The notes beneath the pieces were generated by a model, which worked only from the letters and a program-made list of their open reading frames with translations, did not search any database and was not told the origin of the DNA. The position numbers and the translations under genes were made by a program. DNA of 29,513 nt from Candidatus Margulisiibacteriota bacterium. Its GTDB lineage: Bacteria > Margulisbacteria > WOR-1 > O2-12-FULL-45-9. The DNA is taken from NCBI GenBank assembly GCA_043816785.1, contig JBDRHP010000080.1, positions 1 through 29,513 on the forward strand, written 5' to 3'. Of the stretch, positions 8,957 through 17,094 are shown one piece after another; positions within the stretch are counted from its first letter, which is position 1; each line of letters opens with the position of its first letter.

Positions 8957-9140
8957 ATGGGCAGGGGAGACGATAATTTTAATCTCGAAAGGGTCAAAAA
9001 AACTATTAAAAATGTAGTTCAGGCTGCTGCTATGGAGAGTAAGACAGAGCGGGAAATCGTGATAAGACGGCACATCAAAAATGTCCTTTATTCAAAGGAC
9101 GCAATAGAAGTGAATCTTCTGTATGTCACCAATGACAAGG
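8957..9140 (+). pseudogene. Possible C-terminal remnant of a large serine recombinase
   Basis: EREIVIRRHIKNVLYSKDAIEVNLLY resembles the R..I...I..I......I.I terminal motif of large serine recombinases. It lies next to the ssrA 3' end and has no catalytic domain. Confidence 0.4.
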
Positions 9141-9161
9141 AACTGCCGGCGGGCGACGTTT

Positions 9162-9207
9162 TTTCTGCGGCGCTTTTTTGCCGCCGTCCAAAAAAGCGCC
9201 GCAGAAA
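9162..9207. repeat. Perfect 19-bp inverted repeat (hairpin) downstream of ssrA
   Basis: TTTCTGCGGCGCTTTTTTG-ccgccgtc-CAAAAAAGCGCCGCAGAAA. Confidence 0.85.
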
Positions 9208-9257
9208 CCAATCGTTTGAGAAAAATCGCCCAATTTCGAGAGTTTGCGACCAAAAAA

Positions 9258-9673
9258 TGGTGGAGCTGGCGGGAGTCGAACCCGCGTCCGAAAAGGCAGC
9301 GCAAAAGTTACTACGAGCGTAGCTTCTTTTTATAATTCGCCTGGGACTTAACCTGAAGCCAGGCAGTTCCCACGCTATCTGATGTAAGTCTTAGTGATCA
9401 GCCAAACAGAAAAGACTAATCACGCAGCCGAAAAAATAACGTCTGACCCCAAACCCTTCGGCAAAGCTTGGGAGACGGGCTACTTATATATTAAGCAGCA
9501 ACTGGCACAGGAGCGGCAAATGAAGGTGCAAGACCCTCAAACCACTCAATGTGCGCTAACGATTTTACGTCTGCGTTTATGACGTTGCTAACATGTGTTT
9601 TACGAGGGGAGGTTAGCGCCCTCGGCTCGCAACTCTTGCTACCACGGCTTCCCGTCAAAACCCTTACAGCCCC
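9258..9673 (-). ncRNA. ssrA: tmRNA (one-piece, ~416 nt)
   Basis: 5' GGGGCTG pairs with 3' CAGCTCC-ACCA, including the G3-U wobble; T-arm GCGGGTTCGACTCCCGC; tag ORF ATAAAC-GCA...GCT-GCT-TAA; smpB nearby. Confidence 0.95.
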
Positions 9674-9694
9674 GGGAAATTTGCTTCGCAAATT

Positions 9695-9890
9695 TAGGCA
9701 CAGGCCTAGGCGCAGGCGGAGAAAGCAAATTTCCCCCTGGGCCTGAGCCTTATGCCTTACGTCGCTTTGCCTGCCTGCCGGCAGGCTCCAATTATCAAGG
9801 TACAAGATACAATAACCAAAATAATGTTTAATCATTGAGACTTGAACATTAGAATTTGTTTGTATCTTGTAACTTGTTTCTTTTATCTTG
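9695..9890. repeat. Intergenic cluster of short tandem/inverted repeats and a REP-like palindrome
   Basis: Hexamers AGGCAC/AGGCCT/AGGCGC/AGGCGG with inverse CCTGGG/CCTGAG/CCTTAT; GCCTGCCGGCAGGC palindrome; heptamers ATCAAGG/TACAAGA/TACAATA/ACCAAAA opposed by CTTGTAA/CTTGTTT/CTTTTAT. Confidence 0.65.
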
Positions 9891-9891
9891 A

Positions 9892-10359
9892 TCAGAGTGC
9901 CCTGATCTCGTTTTGCAGTAATTCTACGAAGGCGGAAACCTGTTCCTGGTTCATCTGTGCCAGAAGATCGCCGAACTTTTGCCAGGAATCGGCTTCTTCC
10001 ATCAAGTCTTTGTTCGCTTTGATCTTTTCTAATTCTGCTTCAATTTCTTTTTGCAGCCTTTCATTAGCCGCCTCCATGGCAGCTTGAGGATCTTTTAGTC
10101 CGGTCAGCCTGACAACCTCTTCCAAGATCTTCTTAAAATCTTCGGCCTGGACTTCCTTTTCCTTGGCCTCGGTTGCCAGTGCCGCTAATCTTACAGCTAT
10201 TGATGCGGAATCCCATTCCGGCCCTCGGCCAATGCCGGCTTTGGGCGCCGCCTTAACCTGTTGGCTGGTCTGGTCCTCAGTTTTTTTGATTTCTTTGCCT
10301 ATTTCCTTCGGAGTGATCGGCGGCGGGACATGAGGTTTATTGTGCGGTACCTGGATCAT
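9892..10359 (-). CDS. Hypothetical helical/coiled-coil protein
   Basis: 155-aa ORF coupled by a 4-nt overlap to the upstream ORF; Pro-rich N-terminus and helical C-terminus. Confidence 0.75.
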   Translation of the reverse strand: MIQVPHNKPHVPPPITPKEIGKEIKKTEDQTSQQVKAAPKAGIGRGPEWDSASIAVRLAALATEAKEKEVQAEDFKKILEEVVRLTGLKDPQAAMEAANERLQKEIEAELEKIKANKDLMEEADSWQKFGDLLAQMNQEQVSAFVELLQNEIRAL

Positions 10360-10535
10360 ATAACCTTCATCTCCTTTAAAACCATGTTTGAGATCAATTT
10401 GCCCAGCTGTTTCATCTTTGTTTCTTCGCTGTTATTTAAGGGCCTTCTTTTGATGCTGGACATCTCTTCTGTCAGCATTTTATTCGCTTCCTGGTAAACA
10501 TCGGCAACGGTATATTTTTTAGCTTGTGCGGCCAT
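10356..10535 (-). CDS. Small hypothetical protein (59 aa)
   Basis: Likely start is ATG 10535 (MAAQAKK...) after AAGGGA. Overlaps the smpB end by 17 nt. Confidence 0.6.
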   Translation of the reverse strand: MAAQAKKYTVADVYQEANKMLTEEMSSIKRRPLNNSEETKMKQLGKLISNMVLKEMKVI

Positions 10536-11022
10536 AAGTTTTTCCCTTAAATGCTTTTTCAATCTCTCTTTTAACTTCTCTAGTTCGGAGGGTTTCACGT
10601 TTTTCGTACTTCTTTTTGGCTTTTGCCAGCCCCAGCTCCACTTTGGCCCAGTTGCCGTCGAAAAAAATCTTTAAGGGAACCAGGGTCAAACCTTTCTCGG
10701 CTACTTTACCGATCAATTTCACCAATTCTCGCTTCTTGAGCAGAACCTTTCTGGGCCTGACCGGGTCGATCTTTCCTTTGTCTGCGGATTTATACGGGTT
10801 GATGTGCATCCCGTAGATCCAGACTTCTTCGTTCTCCACCCGGCCAAAACTTTCTTTCAGGTTGACCTTGCCGAGCCGGATTGATTTTACCTCAAATCCT
10901 TCCAGAATCAGGCCGGCTTTATATTTTTCCAGAATAATGAAATCAAAACGGGCCTTGCGATTATCCGCAACGACCTTAAAATACTTGTCCGACGAAACTC
11001 TGGTGGAGTCGGATTTGGCCAT
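10519..11022 (-). CDS. smpB: SsrA-binding protein
   Basis: Motifs: NRKARFDF, AGLILEGFEVKSIR, DPVRPRKVLL and GLTLVPLK. Confidence 0.97.
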   Translation of the reverse strand: MAKSDSTRVSSDKYFKVVADNRKARFDFIILEKYKAGLILEGFEVKSIRLGKVNLKESFGRVENEEVWIYGMHINPYKSADKGKIDPVRPRKVLLKKRELVKLIGKVAEKGLTLVPLKIFFDGNWAKVELGLAKAKKKYEKRETLRTREVKREIEKAFKGKTYGRTS

Positions 11023-11023
11023 A

Positions 11024-11686
11024 TTATAACAGATTTTCTAAGCCGTAAACCAGCCCTTTTAACTTTTTGACCTTGCGGATGGCCATGACCACGCCAGGCA
11101 TAAAAGATTCCCGCGAGATCGAGTCGTGGCGGATAGTCAGCGTCTGCCCCAGACCGCCGAAAATAACTGCCTGATGCGCTACCAGTCCCGGCAGTCTCAC
11201 TGAATGGATGGGGACGTCTTTTCCCATGAGCTGCGCGGTCTTGAGAGCGGTTCCCGAAGGCTTATCCGCTTTCTGTTCGTGGTGCATCTCGATGATTTCC
11301 GCACTGGGCATGTGTTTGACGGCCTCTTGGGCGAACCGCATCATGAGGATCGCGCCAATGGCAAAATTGGGCGCGACCAGGCAATTAACCTTGTTCTTAG
11401 CGCAAAGTTTTCTTATTTCTGAGAGGTTATTTTGGCTGAGGCCGGTGGTGCCGATTATGGCGTGAGCTTTGTTAGCCAGAATGGTTTTGGCATTTTGCAT
11501 TGCCGCCTCGGGATGGGTAAAATCGACGACCACTTCCGCTTTGGTGTTATGGATAGCTTTTGCCAGATCATCACCGATGTCGGTTTGCCCAACGAGGTCC
11601 AGATCAGCCTGCTGGAGAACCGCTTTAACGCTTTCGCTGCCCATTTTGCCTTTGGCCCCATTAATTAAAACTTTTATTTTTGCCAT
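11024..11686 (-). CDS. dapB: 4-hydroxy-tetrahydrodipicolinate reductase
   Basis: Motifs: GAKGKMG, DFT, IGTTG, APNFAIG and EMHHEQKADKPSGTA. Confidence 0.96.
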   Translation of the reverse strand: MAKIKVLINGAKGKMGSESVKAVLQQADLDLVGQTDIGDDLAKAIHNTKAEVVVDFTHPEAAMQNAKTILANKAHAIIGTTGLSQNNLSEIRKLCAKNKVNCLVAPNFAIGAILMMRFAQEAVKHMPSAEIIEMHHEQKADKPSGTALKTAQLMGKDVPIHSVRLPGLVAHQAVIFGGLGQTLTIRHDSISRESFMPGVVMAIRKVKKLKGLVYGLENLL

Positions 11687-11687
11687 A

Positions 11688-12134
11688 TTATTTCACCCCT
11701 GTATGCCCGAACCCGCCGGCGCCTCGATCGCTTGCCGGCAATTCTGGGACTTCCTCAAATTCGATTCTTTCTATTTTATTAATGATCATCTGGGCGATGC
11801 GGTCTCCCCGTTTAATGATTAATTCTTTCTGGCTGTGATTCATCAAAATGACCCCGACTTCACCACGATAATCTGCATCAACTGTTCCCGGGGTATTTAA
11901 TACGGAAACTCCTTGTTTGAGCGCCAGGCCTGATCTTGGCCTGACCTGCGCTTCGTAACCCTCTGGCAAGGCCATTGATATACCAGTTGGAACGAGTTTC
12001 CACCCTCCAGGAGGAATTGTTGTATCCTCAGATACTGCCGCATACATATCCATGCCTGCCGCATGCGCTGACATATAGCGCGGCAGCGGCAAGTCCTGAT
12101 TATGAGGTAGGCGCTTAATTTGGGCTTTGATCAT
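11688..12134 (-). CDS. dut: dUTP diphosphatase
   Basis: Motifs: AGMD, RPRSGLA, GTVDADYRGE, RIAQ and RGAGGFGHTG. Confidence 0.97.
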   Translation of the reverse strand: MIKAQIKRLPHNQDLPLPRYMSAHAAGMDMYAAVSEDTTIPPGGWKLVPTGISMALPEGYEAQVRPRSGLALKQGVSVLNTPGTVDADYRGEVGVILMNHSQKELIIKRGDRIAQMIINKIERIEFEEVPELPASDRGAGGFGHTGVK

Positions 12135-12189
12135 AATTGATATTATATACTATAATGTGGGAAATTTCCAAACAGTGCCTAGAGGATAT

Positions 12190-13452
12190 TCAGCAGTGAA
12201 TTTCTTTGACCGGCAGCTTTTCCAGATCTCCAATCACCGCTAACGTCAGATATTCATCCCTGAAAAACCGATTAGCCAGTTTGATAATGTCAGCCTGGCT
12301 TATTTTATCAACTTTGTCAAAAACCTCATCAATGGTCATGGTCCGGCCATAATAGAACTCAGACTTGGCCAGCCAGTTCATCCGGGCTGAAGTTGATTCC
12401 AAACCCAGTACCAGGGTGCCTTTTAAATACTCCTTAGCTCTTTCCAGCTCCTCCGGACTAACCCCTGCAGTTTTGATCTGACGAAACTGCTTTAAGATCA
12501 GTTCGATGACCTCTGCTAAGTTTTTTTCACTGGTGCCGGCATAGACGTAGGAAATGCCGAAATTACGAAAAGGCGAGGAAGTAGAATATATAGAATAAAC
12601 CAAGCCTCTTTTTTCTCTAACTTCCTGGAACAGCCGCGAACCCATGGAGCCGCCCAGGATATTATCCAGGACTGCGTAGGGGTAGCGGTCTTCATCAACC
12701 TGCGATACTCCTTTGACGCCAAGACAGAGATGTACCTGTTCGGTTTTTTTGCGTCTTAAATTTATGCTGCCTTTGATTTCGGGGGAGGTTGGGCGAGGGA
12801 CGTTTTCTTTGCCTTTCCATGAGCCAAGATAGCTTTTTATTTTTTCACTTATCCGGGGCGGAATGGCTCCAGCCAGTGAGACGATCGTGTTTTGTGGCGA
12901 ATACCATTTTTGGCGGTAGTTCATAATGGAGTCGCGGGAAAAGGAACTTACAGTTTCATTGTTCCCAATGGTTGGTTTGCCAATGGGATGGCCGTGCAAA
13001 ATTTTTTCCGCAAACAGATCATGGACTAATTCATCTGGGGTGTCTTCATACATCTTGATCTCTTCTAAGATCACGCCTTTTTCCATTTCAATGGCCTTGG
13101 GGGCAAAGAGAGAGCCCTGCAGCATATCGCAGAGAACGTCAACAGCTGTATCAATATGTTTATCAAGCACCATGGCGTAATAAACCGTGTATTCCTTGGT
13201 GGTGTAGGCGTTCATCTTGCCGCCGACCGCGTCCAGGGCGTGGGCCAGCTGGATCGCCGTCCTTTTCCCCGTGCCTTTAAAAGCCATATGTTCAATGAGG
13301 TGGGAAAGGCCGCTTTCCTCTGTTGTTTCATTGCCTGAGCCCGCGCCGATCAAAATGCCCAGGGCAACTGAACGCACGGTCGGGATCTTCTCAGAGATGA
13401 TCCTGAGCCCATTTTTTAGGATGGATTTTTTGGAAGACGGGATGGTTTTCAT
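12190..13452 (-). CDS. M16 family zinc peptidase
   Basis: HLIEHMAFKGT (HxxEH), NAYT and SRLFQEVREKRGLVY. Confidence 0.95.
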   Translation of the reverse strand: MKTIPSSKKSILKNGLRIISEKIPTVRSVALGILIGAGSGNETTEESGLSHLIEHMAFKGTGKRTAIQLAHALDAVGGKMNAYTTKEYTVYYAMVLDKHIDTAVDVLCDMLQGSLFAPKAIEMEKGVILEEIKMYEDTPDELVHDLFAEKILHGHPIGKPTIGNNETVSSFSRDSIMNYRQKWYSPQNTIVSLAGAIPPRISEKIKSYLGSWKGKENVPRPTSPEIKGSINLRRKKTEQVHLCLGVKGVSQVDEDRYPYAVLDNILGGSMGSRLFQEVREKRGLVYSIYSTSSPFRNFGISYVYAGTSEKNLAEVIELILKQFRQIKTAGVSPEELERAKEYLKGTLVLGLESTSARMNWLAKSEFYYGRTMTIDEVFDKVDKISQADIIKLANRFFRDEYLTLAVIGDLEKLPVKEIHC

Positions 13453-14054
13453 TGGTATAGGTTGTTTCCTCTTATGTATTTTTCGATCGGCAATGGCAGA
13501 AGGCTTTTGACAGATTTTTTTGATTTCAGGCGGTTGCGTATCTCAGAAGCGGAAATGTCCTCTTTTAGCTCCATCAGGTGGATCTTGTCGACTTCCTTTT
13601 GCAAAGGCGGGAATTTAACCAGTCTTTTAAAGGTCTTGATGCGGCTGCCTGGCCGCATGCCAACAATAAATTCGCAAAGCTTAAAGAGTTCGAGAGGTTT
13701 TTTCCATTCCAAAATCTCATTGATAGAATCAAGGCCCATAATATAGAAGAGTTTTACTTCTTCGCCAAATCTTTTCCTTAATTCATTGAAGGTGTCGACC
13801 GCGTAGGAGGCGCCGTGCCGGTCCATCTCAATCCTGGAAACAGAGAAGTTCTTTTTTCCTTTGATTGCCAGTTTGACCATGTTGTAACGATGCTCCTGGT
13901 CAATGACCTCGCCGAGGACTTTGTGCGGTGGAATGCCGGAAGGGATAAAAATGACCTCGTTAAGAACAAATTCTCGCATGGCAGTCTGGGCCAGGGCGAG
14001 ATGGCCTTTATGGATGGGATTAAAAGTCCCTCCCATGATGCCGATTCGTTTCAT
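13449..14054 (-). CDS. nadD: Nicotinate-nucleotide adenylyltransferase
   Basis: Motifs: GGTFNPIHKGH, PPHK, IMGLD and ISASEIR. Confidence 0.95.
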   Translation of the reverse strand: MKRIGIMGGTFNPIHKGHLALAQTAMREFVLNEVIFIPSGIPPHKVLGEVIDQEHRYNMVKLAIKGKKNFSVSRIEMDRHGASYAVDTFNELRKRFGEEVKLFYIMGLDSINEILEWKKPLELFKLCEFIVGMRPGSRIKTFKRLVKFPPLQKEVDKIHLMELKEDISASEIRNRLKSKKSVKSLLPLPIEKYIRGNNLYQ

Positions 14055-15304
14055 GGTCTTATTTGGCCTGTGCCTTGGATCAGGTACTTATATGATGTAA
14101 GTTCCTGTAGTCCCATGGGGCCTCGGGCATGCAATTTCTGGGTAGAAATCCCGATTTCCGCCCCAAAGCCAAACTCAAAGCCATCCGTGAACCTGGTAGA
14201 AGCATTAACATATAAAACTGCTGAGTCAATTTCCGCTTGGAACTTGGCGGCTGCCTTTTTATCTTTAGTAATAATGGTTTCCGAATGCCTGGTCCCATAC
14301 TTATTAATATGAGCGATCGCGGCTTCAACTCCAGGGACCAGTTTGACAGCCAGGGTTAATGATAAAAATTCTGCGCGCCAGTCATCTTCAGTGGCTGCTT
14401 TAATTCCAGGCAAGATATTTACGGTCTTAGCGCAGCCGCGGATTTCGACTCCTTTTTCGTCAAGTTTTCTCTTGATAATGGGGAGGAATTCAGCGGCAAT
14501 CGAATCGTCAACCAGCAGGGTTTCGATCGCATTGCAAACTGAAGGCCGCTGGCATTTAGCGTTTATGACAATTTGCTCAGCCATTTTCAGGTCAGCGGTT
14601 TTTTCCACATAGGCATGACAATTGCCTTCTCCGGTTTCGATGGTGGGGACTTGAGATTTTTGCACGACTGTTTGGATCAGCCCGCGGCCGCCTCGTGGAA
14701 TTAGCACATCAACATAATCGCGTGCTCTCATTAATTCTTCAGCGGTTTCTCTTTTCGTGTCCTCGATCAATTGAATACTGCCTGCCGGTATCCCAGCGGC
14801 GTAAGCGGCATCAGCCATGGTTTTAGCGATCTCAATGTTGGATTGGATGGCATCGGAGCCGCCGCGAAGAATTACTGCGTTGCCGGATTTTAAGCATAAA
14901 GCAATTGAGTCTGCGGTGACATTGGGTCTGGCTTCATAAATTATGCCAATAACACCCAGCGGGACCCTGACTTTCTTGATCTTTAAGCCGTTCGGTCTTT
15001 TTGATTCAGCCAGAACTTCTCCCACCGGGTCGGGGAGGGCCTTGACCACATTCAAACCCTCGATCATGCCTTTTATCCTATTGCCATCGAGGGCTAAGCG
15101 GTCGAGCAGGTTGCGCGAGAGCTCTTTTTTCTCGCCAGCTTCCAGGTCAATAGAATTGGCTTCGATGATGACCTTAGCGTTCTTGTCTAAAGCTTCAGCC
15201 ATGCGCTCCAAAGCATAGTTTTTAACCTTGGTTGAGGCAACGCCCAGCTTGCGCGAGGCTTCTTTGGCTTTTTGGCCTTTTTGGGTCACTTCTGAAGCAG
15301 CCAT
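14051..15304 (-). CDS. proA: Gamma-glutamyl phosphate reductase
   Basis: Motifs: VPLGVIGIIYEARPNVT, PSVCNAIETLL and NASTRFTDGFEFGFGAEIGISTQKLHARGPMGL. Confidence 0.97.
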   Translation of the reverse strand: MAASEVTQKGQKAKEASRKLGVASTKVKNYALERMAEALDKNAKVIIEANSIDLEAGEKKELSRNLLDRLALDGNRIKGMIEGLNVVKALPDPVGEVLAESKRPNGLKIKKVRVPLGVIGIIYEARPNVTADSIALCLKSGNAVILRGGSDAIQSNIEIAKTMADAAYAAGIPAGSIQLIEDTKRETAEELMRARDYVDVLIPRGGRGLIQTVVQKSQVPTIETGEGNCHAYVEKTADLKMAEQIVINAKCQRPSVCNAIETLLVDDSIAAEFLPIIKRKLDEKGVEIRGCAKTVNILPGIKAATEDDWRAEFLSLTLAVKLVPGVEAAIAHINKYGTRHSETIITKDKKAAAKFQAEIDSAVLYVNASTRFTDGFEFGFGAEIGISTQKLHARGPMGLQELTSYKYLIQGTGQIRP

Positions 15305-15313
15305 AGTGGCCTA

Positions 15314-15322
15314 ATTATAGCA
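15314..15322 (-). promoter_or_regulatory. Extended -10 promoter of proA
   Basis: TGCTATAAT lies 9 nt upstream of the ATG. Confidence 0.55.
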
Positions 15323-15342
15323 TTAAAGAATTTTGAGAAAAA

Positions 15343-15370
15343 GTGAAATTTCCGGTAAAAAGTGACGATA
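15343..15370 (+). promoter_or_regulatory. sigma28-like promoter, copy 1
   Basis: GTGAAATT-N15-CGATA. Confidence 0.6.
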
Positions 15371-15377
15371 TATATAT

Positions 15378-15447
15378 AGGAAGACATACCATACCTTCCT
15401 TCACCATCAAATAAACCCCTGAGCCTGTTCAGGGGTTTTTTGTTTTT
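15378..15447 (+). ncRNA. Candidate small RNA (~65-70 nt)
   Basis: Lies between promoter copy 1 and an intrinsic terminator; no ORF; 5' AGGAAG/CTTCCT hairpin and a CU-rich tract. Confidence 0.4.
15413..15447 (+). terminator. Intrinsic terminator
   Basis: AAACCCCTGAG-cctg-TTCAGGGGTTT followed by TTTGTTTTT. Confidence 0.8.
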
Positions 15448-15460
15448 AGGAAAGCCTGCT

Positions 15461-15504
15461 TGCCCTGAGCGAACTTGTTCCGAGTCCTATCGAGGGAGTC
15501 GAGG
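15461..15504. repeat. Degenerate REP-like element
   Basis: TGCCCTGAGCGAA...AGTCGAGG, related to the GCCCTGAGC and CCGAGCGAAGTCGAGG units at 21964 and 28586. Confidence 0.5.
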
Positions 15505-15535
15505 AAATCGAGCTAAAAAAGAACCCCAATAATGA

Positions 15536-15563
15536 GTGAAATTTCTAAAATTGTTCTGCGATA
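15536..15563 (+). promoter_or_regulatory. sigma28-like promoter, copy 2
   Basis: GTGAAATT-N15-CGATA, ending 51 nt before ATG 15615. Confidence 0.6.
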
Positions 15564-15614
15564 CTAAATTAGAACTAATTAAGAAGTCGAGTTAAACTAA
15601 AAAGGGAATTAATA

Positions 15615-17081
15615 ATGCCAGGAAGATTTCAATTGCAACCTGGGATCTGGCGGGGGCCGCATCAAGTAGCAGCAGCGATTTTGGGCACGCGGTATCAAGC
15701 GGTAAAATTTGTCGGTGATCGGATAAAGTCCTCTGGCATTAACTTAAGGGGGAACTTATCCCTTGATCAGGTCAGACAATTAGTTGGTTTGTTTCCTCGT
15801 GAATTAGTCGAACTTCGCCCCAGTGATTATAAAGGTCTTAAACGCCTAAAATTCTACGCCTCACATGAATTTGCTTTCCATCTGCGAACAAATAGTGCCC
15901 ATCAAGCATATTATGAGTTTATGGACCCAAAAGATCAGGAAGACCGGGTCAATCCAAATAATCCCAGAGTTGGCGAGGTCTTGGATCCGGTGATCATGTA
16001 TCGGGAATCTAATATGCTGCTGGGTCTACCTCGATCACTTTTTCGACAGGCCCGCCAGAGAGTTCAGACGATCGCCGCGGAATTAGCCGGCTTACGAACT
16101 GATTTAAGCGAGATCGAAGCAACGGTCCAGGGCATAGCAGACGGGACCTTTGAGCCAAATTTAATTACTGCAGTGGTTGCCCGGCGTTTAATGGGCAAAC
16201 AGTTCCCTTATCAGGAGATCGTTTCAGATAAGAACGTAGACCGTTGGCTAGGCCGGAGCGTTAGACCATCCTTTTATGATCTAATGAATCGGACCGGTGA
16301 TCTGTCAGGTGTCATCGCGCGGCTGGAGCACATGCCGGCTGATGCCAGGATCAACTTTGCTGGCCGTGAAGTCGGGAGTGCTGACCGTATCATTCAGATG
16401 AATCAAGTTGGTGAGAATGGGGTCAATCCTTTGACCGGTTTTGCAGCGCCATTTGCGCTGGTTTATGCTAACTTTGATCGGATGCAATTTTGGCCGATTG
16501 AGTCAGGGGCAAAAGTTCGAGGCGATGGCTATGTTGAATCGATTGATTTTATCCCGAGTTTTGAAGGCACGCCAGAAGCAGTGGCCTGGCAAAACATTAA
16601 TTCAGCTATCTGGGCTGCTTTAAAAGAAGCAGGGGTTATTTATGATAGAGGACTGGGTGGGATCATTACTCACAGATTTACCCAGGAGGCATTTTCCGTG
16701 CCAAACCCGATCATCTCGGAACGGGATAGAGAAATTATCGATTATAATAATATCGTGAGAGAAATATACAGGATTCTAAGAGCAGCAGTTCCCGAGCGAA
16801 ACTTCCCAACTCTACGCGGGTCAGCCCTCAATGGCTCAAGTTTCAACCAGGCGCTTTTCTCCGGCTTAGACTTGATCGCTGCCAACATGACTGAGGTTGA
16901 TCTGAGCCAGGTTACCTTTAGAACAGAAGGTTATAGCACTGAAACAAGTAAAGAGTTAGCTCCTTCTCAGCTCAATGAAGCCTGGTTCTATCCTTTTGCC
17001 GCGGAGCTGTATCCGCAGGGTTTTGATCCAGCTGCTGACGGCCTGATGCGGCCGATAGGCTCGCTGCCTCAAGTCGCTTAA
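15615..17081 (+). CDS. Orphan protein with C-terminal pentapeptide-repeat-like segment
   Basis: 488-aa ORF with AAGGGA RBS. LRGSA-LNGSS-FNQAL-FSGLD-LIAAN-MTEVD-LSQVT shows 5-residue periodicity, followed by a YPQGFDP..G cap. Confidence 0.75.
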   Translation: MPGRFQLQPGIWRGPHQVAAAILGTRYQAVKFVGDRIKSSGINLRGNLSLDQVRQLVGLFPRELVELRPSDYKGLKRLKFYASHEFAFHLRTNSAHQAYYEFMDPKDQEDRVNPNNPRVGEVLDPVIMYRESNMLLGLPRSLFRQARQRVQTIAAELAGLRTDLSEIEATVQGIADGTFEPNLITAVVARRLMGKQFPYQEIVSDKNVDRWLGRSVRPSFYDLMNRTGDLSGVIARLEHMPADARINFAGREVGSADRIIQMNQVGENGVNPLTGFAAPFALVYANFDRMQFWPIESGAKVRGDGYVESIDFIPSFEGTPEAVAWQNINSAIWAALKEAGVIYDRGLGGIITHRFTQEAFSVPNPIISERDREIIDYNNIVREIYRILRAAVPERNFPTLRGSALNGSSFNQALFSGLDLIAANMTEVDLSQVTFRTEGYSTETSKELAPSQLNEAWFYPFAAELYPQGFDPAADGLMRPIGSLPQVA

Positions 17082-17094
17082 ATAGGAGAAAAAT

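Noticed and set aside
9258..9290. Possible tRNA gene
   Set aside because: This is the tRNA-like 3' domain of the tmRNA; there is no anticodon arm.
8861..9322. 153-aa ORF as an intact gene
   Set aside because: It starts inside abiEii and runs through a hairpin and antisense into the tmRNA; treated as a remnant.
9491..9835. 114-aa minus-strand ORF and + strand ORFs over 9394-9831
   Set aside because: They overlap the tmRNA and repeats; only the last 27 codons (the tag) are meaningful.
11020..11031. TGTTATAAT before smpB as a leaderless promoter
   Set aside because: Zero spacing to the ATG and it coincides with the dapB stop codon.
12159..12190. GGGAAATT...GGATA between dut and the M16 peptidase gene
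   Set aside because: Mismatches in both boxes, wrong spacing and no downstream + strand gene.
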